IMG/VR virus record: IMGVR_UViG_3300032246_002821
Location: 118,954 to 182,953 of that record
DNA from: a virus
Strand: one strand, 5' to 3'
DNA length: 64,000 nt
Positions within the stretch are counted from its first letter, which is position 1. Every line of letters begins with the position of its first letter. Positions 25,620-32,020 of this stretch are shown here, piece by piece. Made by a program: the position numbers and the translations under genes. The notes under the pieces were generated by a model, which had not been told where the DNA came from, ran no database searches, and saw nothing but the letters and a program-made list of their open reading frames with translations.

Positions 25620-25830
25620 ATAGAGACGGTCACCGCGGTCTGTCTCTTGTGCGTACCAGTGCTGGAGGCCCGTCAAACCAGCATAAACAAACGTGGCAGG
25701 AATTGGCAAGGGGAACTACTCGGCAGTCGCATCGCAAGATGTCGCAACGGAGCCCCTTGCCGTCGAGGCCAGAGGGATTGTAGGTGGACCTGTATTATAT
25801 GCCCTTGGGGTGTTGTGACTGGGCTTGTAA
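25620..25830 (+). ncRNA. candidate multi-stem structured RNA between tRNA-Asp and tRNA-Lys
   Basis: 8-bp, 6-bp and 9-bp helices, GCAA tetraloop. Confidence 0.5.
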
Positions 25831-25846
25831 CCTTCATAAATTTTAA

Positions 25847-25922
25847 GAACCCATAGCTCAGTAGGTAGAGCACCTGACTTTTAATCAGGGTGTCGCCGGT
25901 TCGACCCCGGCTGGGTTCACCA
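25847..25922 (+). tRNA. tRNA-Lys(UUU)
   Basis: CCTGA-CTTTTAA-TCAGG, CCA. Confidence 0.93.
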
Positions 25923-25923
25923 A

Positions 25924-26154
25924 TTATGCAAACTTGCTGGCTATGCTGATAGCAGTTATCAACGCAGCTTTAACGGCCATATCGTCAGCTTCTTCGTTCA
26001 AACGATCGGTTGCGATAAGGTCTTCCATAAGTTCAGCTGCTTCTTCAGGTGATAATGCGCCTGAGTTGCGTTGCTTCTGGATGTCTAGGGCCATCTTAGC
26101 GCGAGTTTCTGCCCAACCTGATCCGCAGTGTGCTAGTTCTTGTAGTGATGCCAT
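25924..26154 (-). CDS. hypothetical protein
   Basis: 76 aa, coupled (TAATG) to the upstream lipoprotein. Confidence 0.7.
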   Translation of the reverse strand: MASLQELAHCGSGWAETRAKMALDIQKQRNSGALSPEEAAELMEDLIATDRLNEEADDMAVKAALITAISIASKFA

Positions 26155-26546
26155 TAGAATCTCCCTAAAACGGCTTTGCTTGATAGTTCAGCTTGTTTAA
26201 CTAATATGTCTTTCTTAATCCGGCAATAGGCAGCACTGGGTTCTTTTTCTTTGCTACGGTCTGCCCATTCGTTCACTGTCTTTTGCATAGGAGCGATCAG
26301 TTCCAGCACATCGTGTTGCAGATAGCCTTTGCTCTCGCTGTACAGTTCAAACCATTGAAGTTCTTTTTGTATTTGTACAGCTTGAAAGTTTTGTGTATCT
26401 TCACAGTTGATGTTAACAATCAGTTGTCTGGCTGTTATGATGCTCCTGGATTGGTTGTCATCCCAGAAGCTGGGCACGAATGTTGCTACCGTTGCATTGC
26501 AACCGGCTAATACTAAGAAACTCAATACCGCGATGATTTTTTGCAT
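26154..26546 (-). CDS. putative lipoprotein
   Basis: lipobox LAGC; TAAATA at 26551-26556 (minus strand). Confidence 0.7.
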   Translation of the reverse strand: MQKIIAVLSFLVLAGCNATVATFVPSFWDDNQSRSIITARQLIVNINCEDTQNFQAVQIQKELQWFELYSESKGYLQHDVLELIAPMQKTVNEWADRSKEKEPSAAYCRIKKDILVKQAELSSKAVLGRF

Positions 26547-26577
26547 ACAGTATTTAGTTTTTGATAACTACCATAAC

Positions 26578-26653
26578 GCCCAATTAGCTCAGATGGTAGA
26601 GCAGTTGATTAGTAATCATCAGGTCGGCGGTTCGAATCCGTCATTGGGCACCA
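26578..26653 (+). tRNA. tRNA-Thr(AGU)
   Basis: GCCCAAT acceptor, anticodon loop TTAGTAA, TTCGAAT, CCA; one U-U mismatch in the anticodon stem. Confidence 0.85.
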
Positions 26654-26668
26654 TTATTAAGGTTCGCT

Positions 26669-27787
26669 ATGTTCGTAAAATGCATCAGGATGGAAGCCTA
26701 TTTCGGAGCCAGTTATAACTTCGAAAGATTGAAGGAAAATATACAAAAAGATCTGGCACAGACAAGAGCAGCTGGTACTGAACCCTATTTCTTCCTCAGT
26801 TATTGTTGGGAGAATTTTCCTGAATTCTATTGGTACGACAATGTCACTCAAAATATCCGTAGCATATTGAAAGACCTGGGCATAACACATTATAAATTCG
26901 TGTTTCCCACCAGTTTTTTACACAATAGATATCCAGTGTACACTGGCCAGATAGACCAGTCGGATATGATCTTCCTGGAGTTTTTTGCTCTATACAGTTT
27001 CCATAAGATATTCGGAGATCAAAAGAAATATCGCAGCTGGAATTATTCGGGAGAGGTGTTGGCCAATCCTGCCTGGAACAGTGACAGCGATCGCGCCCTG
27101 TTGCTATTGGGCAAGATAGCCAAATTGAACCGTATGCCATTGCTGGCCGAATTCTACAGAGCCAATAACCTGTCGCGCATAGACTGGAGTTTGTATCTGA
27201 ACGATAACATCAAAGCCGATGCCAGGCATCTGGCCCCAGAATTTACAGATGAGGAATATGAAATATTCATATCCCAGATGACCAAGAGACTGGATCCCAT
27301 AGACGTGCAGATGCAGGAACGCAGCAGCCATTACTGGGGTTTTCCTTATGATGTAAACTTATACAAAAACACTTGCCTGAGTGTCATAAGCGAAACCAAC
27401 TTCATGTATAACCAGACAGTGTGGGTTACAGAAAAAACCTATCGTGCCATAGCCAATAGGCATCCTTTCGTCATGGCTGCGCCTCCTGGTAGTTTGAAAT
27501 ACATCAAGACCCTGGGTTTCAAGACTTTCGAAGAATATATGCAGATAACAGATTATGATGATATAGAATATGACAAGCAAAGATTGGGCAGTATAATGAC
27601 CAATACCATGTATTTTCTTGATACTAAACACACAAATCTAGAAGAGATAAATGCAGATGTGGAGCATAACTACCAGAACCTTATAGATTTCGTCGATAGG
27701 GAAATTTTAAAACTTGACAAAGTGCTGGATTCAGTGCATAATAGACAGGATAAAGAAACAAGTTGGTCCTTATTGGCCCAGATGTAA
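26669..27787 (+). CDS. GT10-like glycosyltransferase-fold protein (paralogue 5)
   Basis: SVISETNF...WVTEKTYRA...GFKTF. Confidence 0.55.
   Translation: MFVKCIRMEAYFGASYNFERLKENIQKDLAQTRAAGTEPYFFLSYCWENFPEFYWYDNVTQNIRSILKDLGITHYKFVFPTSFLHNRYPVYTGQIDQSDMIFLEFFALYSFHKIFGDQKKYRSWNYSGEVLANPAWNSDSDRALLLLGKIAKLNRMPLLAEFYRANNLSRIDWSLYLNDNIKADARHLAPEFTDEEYEIFISQMTKRLDPIDVQMQERSSHYWGFPYDVNLYKNTCLSVISETNFMYNQTVWVTEKTYRAIANRHPFVMAAPPGSLKYIKTLGFKTFEEYMQITDYDDIEYDKQRLGSIMTNTMYFLDTKHTNLEEINADVEHNYQNLIDFVDREILKLDKVLDSVHNRQDKETSWSLLAQM
27714..27742 (+). promoter_or_regulatory. sigma70-type promoter inside the gene end, driving tRNA-Gly
   Basis: TTGACA-N17-CATAAT. Confidence 0.5.
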
Positions 27788-27789
27788 TT

Positions 27790-27864
27790 GCGGTTGTAGC
27801 TCAGTGGTAGAGCGTCACGTTGCCAACGTGAATGTCGTCGGTTCGACCCCGATCAGCCGCTCCA
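27790..27864 (+). tRNA. tRNA-Gly(GCC)
   Basis: TCACG-TTGCCAA-CGTGA, U73, CCA. Confidence 0.92.
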
Positions 27865-27869
27865 ATTTT

Positions 27870-27941
27870 ACTGCTGTCGGTGTTGATGGGAAACACAGAT
27901 GGACAACACTAGGACACCGTTCGAATCGGAGCAGCAGTACC
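27870..27941 (+). pseudogene. tRNA-like element with a collapsed anticodon arm
   Basis: acceptor ACTGCTG/CAGCAGT, D-stem GTGT/ACAC, T-loop TTCGAAT; no proper anticodon stem; ends ACCT. Confidence 0.6.
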
Positions 27942-27947
27942 TGATTA

Positions 27948-28021
27948 GCGGGCTTGGTATAGTGGTATTATGACAGCCTTCCAAGCTGACGAGACGGGTT
28001 CGATTCCCGTAGCCCGCTCCA
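27948..28021 (+). tRNA. tRNA-Gly(UCC)
   Basis: loop CTTCCAA, U73, CCA. Confidence 0.92.
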
Positions 28022-28027
28022 AAATTT

Positions 28028-28101
28028 GCTGTCTTGGTGTAATGGAAGCACACGAGTTTGTGGAACTCGTAGCACAGGATCGATACCTGTAGACAGTGCC
28101 A
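28028..28101 (+). tRNA. tRNA-His(GUG) lacking G-1, with G1-U72 and G73
   Basis: CGAGT-TTGTGGA-ACTCG; T-loop ATCGATA; upstream base is T. Confidence 0.8.
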
Positions 28102-28106
28102 TATAA

Positions 28107-28189
28107 GGGGCGGAAGTATCAAGGTGATACCGTGGACTGTAAATCCACCGCTTATAGCACGCCTGGTTCGATTCCAGGACGCCCCACCA
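28107..28189 (+). tRNA. tRNA-Tyr(GUA)
   Basis: GTGGA-CTGTAAA-TCCAC, long variable region, CCA. Confidence 0.9.
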
Positions 28190-28229
28190 CTACACACTAA
28201 ATAAAAGGTCAATTGAACAAAGGTCATCA

Positions 28230-28874
28230 ATGAAAGGCAAGATAGCCTTATTCCTGCACCAGCCCAAATGCTCGGTACAATCGGGCAATGGAATTATGCA
28301 GGCATTGCATCCAGATTATCAGTTCAAGATCTTCACAAAACATCGAGTGGAAAAAGATTTCTTCGATGATGTGGATATGATCGCTGTGCCAGGAGGACTG
28401 GGAGACAGCGACAGCTATGCCAGTCTGATGCGTGAAAACGCTGGTCGCATACAGGACTTTGTTGCTAAAGGTGGCAGGTACTTGGGTATCTGTATGGGTG
28501 CTTACTGGGCAGGATATCACTATCTAGACATACTAGACGGCGTCCGAGCCTATCAATATATCACACGCCCCAACACAGACACTCGTAGACCACACGCCAA
28601 AGCCATAGACGTGGATTGGCTGGGACAACCAGAGAAGATGTACTTCTATGATGGCCCAGCATTGGTGGGCGATAAAAACAAGTTTACCACCGTCAGCACA
28701 TACGTAAACGGTGACGCCATGGCCATATATCAGGATCGTATAGGACTGATAGGTTGCCATCCTGAGGCAAATCTGCACTGGTACCAGGCATATCCCTATA
28801 TGCTCAAACACTGGCATAAAGGTGCTCATTACAGTTTGTTGAAAGATTTTGTTGACAAACTGATGCTTCAGTAG
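28230..28874 (+). CDS. BPL_N-like class I glutamine-amidotransferase-fold protein
   Basis: AVPGG...GGRYLGICMGAY...CHPE; TAAATA at 28198. Confidence 0.78.
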   Translation: MKGKIALFLHQPKCSVQSGNGIMQALHPDYQFKIFTKHRVEKDFFDDVDMIAVPGGLGDSDSYASLMRENAGRIQDFVAKGGRYLGICMGAYWAGYHYLDILDGVRAYQYITRPNTDTRRPHAKAIDVDWLGQPEKMYFYDGPALVGDKNKFTTVSTYVNGDAMAIYQDRIGLIGCHPEANLHWYQAYPYMLKHWHKGAHYSLLKDFVDKLMLQ

Positions 28875-28880
28875 TATTAT
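28852..28880 (+). promoter_or_regulatory. sigma70-type promoter for tRNA-Met/Pro
   Basis: TTGACA-N17-TATTAT. Confidence 0.6.
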
Positions 28881-28889
28881 AAGGAATAT

Positions 28890-28966
28890 TGCGGGGTAGA
28901 GAAGTGGTCATCTCGTTAGGCTCATAACCTGAAGATCGGAGGTTCGAATCCTCCCCACCGCAACCA
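28890..28966 (+). tRNA. tRNA-Met(CAU), initiator-like
   Basis: TGCGGGG 5' end, loop CTCATAA, CCA; bulged A in the acceptor stem, only two anticodon-stem G-C pairs. Confidence 0.8.
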
Positions 28967-28971
28967 AGTTA

Positions 28972-29049
28972 CTCGGTGTAGCGCAGTCTGGCTAGCGCAT
29001 CTGGTTTGGGACCAGAGGGTCGGGAGTTCGAATCTCTCCACCGAGACCA
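28972..29049 (+). tRNA. tRNA-Pro(UGG)
   Basis: TCTGG-TTTGGGA-CCAGA, C1-G72, CCA. Confidence 0.92.
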
Positions 29050-30218
29050 AATAAAGCAGCATACTCAGGCATCATTTGGGCAAAGTTTTCGCCTCGTAGT
29101 TGGTCCAGTTTGCTGACGGTAGTTATAAAACTATCCTTTTTGCTAGCCCAGTCAGTGGGTTCATTTGCTAAAAATCTCAGTGTGCAATCACGCTGATCGA
29201 TCCAGCTTTGAACGTACTGACTGGGCTTGTGTGCAAGCAGCTTATCACGCACAGCCTGTTTTATATCTGGTGGCAGATAGCATATATTTGCGTCAGCCTT
29301 GTCTGTGACGCGGTTTGTAAATCCAATGATGTAGCCCAGATCGCTGAAAAACTCGAATGCTTCTGGAATATAAAATACATTATGGCTCATTGTACAGTAT
29401 TGCACTTGAACGGACAGATTATCATATTTGGCAAAATCTGTAGTGTAGCGTTGTAGATTCTCCAGCACGGTCGCCCACTGGCTACCAGCCCTGATATAGT
29501 CATTGTGAGCACCTACACCATCTATGCTATATCCCAATGACCCACTTTTGAATTTGCTCATTTTATCGGCTAAGTCAGGTTTGTATATGGTACCATTGGT
29601 GTGCATCTGTACGTCTTGCGTGGGTATACCACTGTCCAAGATCTTATATGTCAATGGATGTAGCAATGGTTCTCCACCATACAAGTCAAAGAATATAATA
29701 CTGTCGTGCCATTCAGCCAGAGTATCTTCTAACTCAGTGTTGTTGATATAGCTGGTTTCATAACTGACAAACTTTTGTAACCAGGTTTTGAACGGCACAG
29801 CTGGTTGTTCTAAATTGTAAGCGTCTTTGTACCATTGAGTGCTGCTATATGGATTACAACTGCGACAGGCACAGTTGCATTTGTTGCCGTGCTTTAATAT
29901 CAAGATCCTGGGTTGATCAGGCAATGACTCTACATCTGCAAGCAGGCGATTGTATTTTTGCCTGACGCTTTGGTTGCCAGCTTTTTCGTTGTTCCAGCAG
30001 TTGGAACAATAAGGGTTGGGAATTCCCTTAGCCAGCGTATTGAGAAATTTACTTCTGCTTTCACTATTCCAGGCCCGTTTCAATGAACCTGTGTCCAATG
30101 TAATAGGTTTACCACTGCTGTCTTTGAGATAAAGGCTGTTGTAATTACATGGAGTCACTCGTCCACTCATATCCAGGTTTAGAGTTATTTCTGCTAATTT
30201 GCACTTGATGGGTTCCAT
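28992..30218 (-). CDS. radical SAM protein with an N-terminal twitch/SPASM-like domain
   Basis: KCNCACRSC (CxxxCxxC), GGEP, TNGT, SIDG; start moved to ATG 30218; C-terminus runs antisense through tRNA-Pro. Confidence 0.85.
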   Translation of the reverse strand: MEPIKCKLAEITLNLDMSGRVTPCNYNSLYLKDSSGKPITLDTGSLKRAWNSESRSKFLNTLAKGIPNPYCSNCWNNEKAGNQSVRQKYNRLLADVESLPDQPRILILKHGNKCNCACRSCNPYSSTQWYKDAYNLEQPAVPFKTWLQKFVSYETSYINNTELEDTLAEWHDSIIFFDLYGGEPLLHPLTYKILDSGIPTQDVQMHTNGTIYKPDLADKMSKFKSGSLGYSIDGVGAHNDYIRAGSQWATVLENLQRYTTDFAKYDNLSVQVQYCTMSHNVFYIPEAFEFFSDLGYIIGFTNRVTDKADANICYLPPDIKQAVRDKLLAHKPSQYVQSWIDQRDCTLRFLANEPTDWASKKDSFITTVSKLDQLRGENFAQMMPEYAALFGLGGEIRTPDPLVPNQMR

Positions 30219-30234
30219 ACTGATATATATTAAT

Positions 30235-31287
30235 ATGACCGTTTTTCCCGATAAAAATCTGTCAGGATTAGTATGTACAGAACCGTTCCGTACGGTCAAT
30301 ATAGATCCCGTGGGCAATGTACAACTCTGTGGATGCAGTGATTGGATGCCACAGATAGCCGGCAACATAAACAATGCCAGCTTGCAAGACATACTCAACA
30401 GCCCAAAAGCTCAGCTAATGCGTGAGAGCATCAGAGATGGCAGTTACAGATATTGTAACGCAGATAAATGTGGTGTTATAAACAACAAGTGGTTGATACC
30501 CCACACAGATGCCCCTGGTCATAATCTCGATCCAGAATGGCGGTTATACAGGAAAGAAAGCAGTAAAAAAATACCTACCAAATATTTTATAGCTGGTGAT
30601 AAGACCTGTAATCTCAGTTGTCCCAGTTGTAGAAACACAGTGATTAAAAATACCATTGGCGACACTGGTAACAATATCAGAGTGATGAATCTGTTAAACC
30701 AGAACGTGTTTGCCGGCAAAAGCCATTTGCCTATTGAAATAATGTTGAGCACTAGCGGAGAGATTTTTGCCAGCAAATTCCTTTTGGAATTTTTACAAAC
30801 TTTCCCTATAAACAATTACCCAAATGTTATTTTTCACTTACAAACCAATGGTTTGTTGTTAAAGAAAAACTGGCATTTACTTGCTAATATACATAAAAAT
30901 ATCAAAAGTATCACGGTGACTACTGATGGTTGCACCGCAGATACATATGAACATCTGCGTCGTGGAGGTAGATTTACAGATATACTGGACAATCTCAAGT
31001 ATATGCAACAATTAAAACAACAGCATAACTTCGTGACACACAATCGTATGGTAGTCCAGCTGGCCAATTACCAGCAGATAACAGATTTTTATCACTGGAG
31101 CAAGCAACTGGGATTCGATACTGTGGAATACAGCAGATTGCAGGATTGGAAAACATATACCGGTCCGGAATTCGCAGAACTCGATGTATTGAACCCGGAA
31201 CATCAAGCATATAATGCTGCTACGGATAGTATCAAGGAACTATTATCAGAGGGTTCTAGTGTGGTACTTTTGGGGTTTAGTATCTAG
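30235..31287 (+). CDS. radical SAM protein with an N-terminal twitch/SPASM-like domain
   Basis: TCNLSCPSC, SGEIF, TNG; N-terminal CTEPF...LCGC...YCNADKC. Confidence 0.85.
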   Translation: MTVFPDKNLSGLVCTEPFRTVNIDPVGNVQLCGCSDWMPQIAGNINNASLQDILNSPKAQLMRESIRDGSYRYCNADKCGVINNKWLIPHTDAPGHNLDPEWRLYRKESSKKIPTKYFIAGDKTCNLSCPSCRNTVIKNTIGDTGNNIRVMNLLNQNVFAGKSHLPIEIMLSTSGEIFASKFLLEFLQTFPINNYPNVIFHLQTNGLLLKKNWHLLANIHKNIKSITVTTDGCTADTYEHLRRGGRFTDILDNLKYMQQLKQQHNFVTHNRMVVQLANYQQITDFYHWSKQLGFDTVEYSRLQDWKTYTGPEFAELDVLNPEHQAYNAATDSIKELLSEGSSVVLLGFSI

Positions 31288-31364
31288 GCACCCGTAGCTC
31301 AGCGGAACAGAGCTTCGCGCTTCGAACGCGACGGTCGGGAGTTCGAATCTCTCCGGGTGTGCCA
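31288..31364 (+). tRNA. tRNA-Arg(UCG)
   Basis: TCGCG-CTTCGAA-CGCGA, CCA. Confidence 0.9.
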
Positions 31365-31374
31365 AAAATAGTTG

Positions 31375-31402
31375 TTGACATATGTTAACAATCATATATA
31401 CT
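31375..31402 (+). promoter_or_regulatory. sigma70-type promoter
   Basis: TTGACA-N16-TATACT. Confidence 0.75.
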
Positions 31403-31419
31403 GATGATATAAAGTTTAT

Positions 31420-31496
31420 TCCGAGTCGGTCACAAGGTGGGACAGCAGACTGTTAATCTGTTCATCAGGTTGGTTCGATTCCAACACTCGGAGCCA
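31420..31496 (+). tRNA. tRNA-Asn(GUU)
   Basis: GCAGA-CTGTTAA-TCTGT, G73, CCA. Confidence 0.9.
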
Positions 31497-31500
31497 AGTT

Positions 31501-31567
31501 TAGATGTGCGAGGAAGGCGATATGTTTGAACAACTGCTCGCCGCAGGTTCGACTCCTGCCGCATCTA
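31501..31567 (+). ncRNA. three-armed tRNA-like RNA (acceptor, T-arm and a single central arm)
   Basis: TAGATGT/GCATCTA, GCGAG/CTCGC, GCAGG-TTCGACT-CCTGC; no CCA. Confidence 0.6.
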
Positions 31568-31578
31568 ATCTAATAAAT

Positions 31579-31655
31579 GCCCCAGTAGTCCAATTGGTAG
31601 AGGCACTGGTTTTAGGTACCAGGTGGTGGGGGTTCGAGTCCCTCCTGGGGCACCA
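31579..31655 (+). tRNA. tRNA-Leu(UAG) with a short variable loop
   Basis: CTGGT-TTTAGGT-ACCAG, 5-nt variable loop, CCA. Confidence 0.85.
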
Positions 31656-31662
31656 CTAACGA

Positions 31663-31738
31663 TGGCGTGTAGCTCAGCTGGAAGAGCATTCGACCGATAA
31701 TCGAAAGGTCACTGGTTCGAGACCAGTCACGCCAACCA
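31663..31738 (+). tRNA. tRNA-Ile(GAU)
   Basis: TTCGA-CCGATAA-TCGAA (C33), CCA. Confidence 0.87.
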
Positions 31739-31744
31739 AGATAT

Positions 31745-31821
31745 GCTAGCAGGGCGGTAGTGGAATCGCGCCCGCCTCATAAGCGGGTCCAAAGCTGGAT
31801 CGAAGCCAGCTGTTAGCACCA
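31745..31821 (+). tRNA. tRNA with CAU anticodon (elongator Met or Ile2)
   Basis: CCCGC-CTCATAA-GCGGG; T-loop ATCGAAG; CCA. Confidence 0.8.
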
Positions 31822-31829
31822 ATAGTAGT

Positions 31830-31903
31830 TGGGATGTCGTCTAAAGGTAGGACAACGGATTTTGATTCCGTTTATCGTGGTTCGAATCCATGCATCCCAG
31901 CCA
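31830..31903 (+). tRNA. tRNA-Gln(UUG)
   Basis: TGGGATG acceptor, ACGGA-TTTTGAT-TCCGT, CCA. Confidence 0.9.
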
Positions 31904-31919
31904 AGCTATATATGATAAA

Positions 31920-32009
31920 GGAGAGGTGGTCGAGTGGTTGATGGCTCTGGTCTTGAAAACCAGCGAGGGTTCAAGCCCTCCGTGGGTTCGAATCCCACCC
32001 TCTCCGCCA
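31920..32009 (+). tRNA. tRNA-Ser(UGA)
   Basis: CTGGT-CTTGAAA-ACCAG, long variable arm, G73, CCA. Confidence 0.93.
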
Positions 32010-32020
32010 ACAAACGATAT

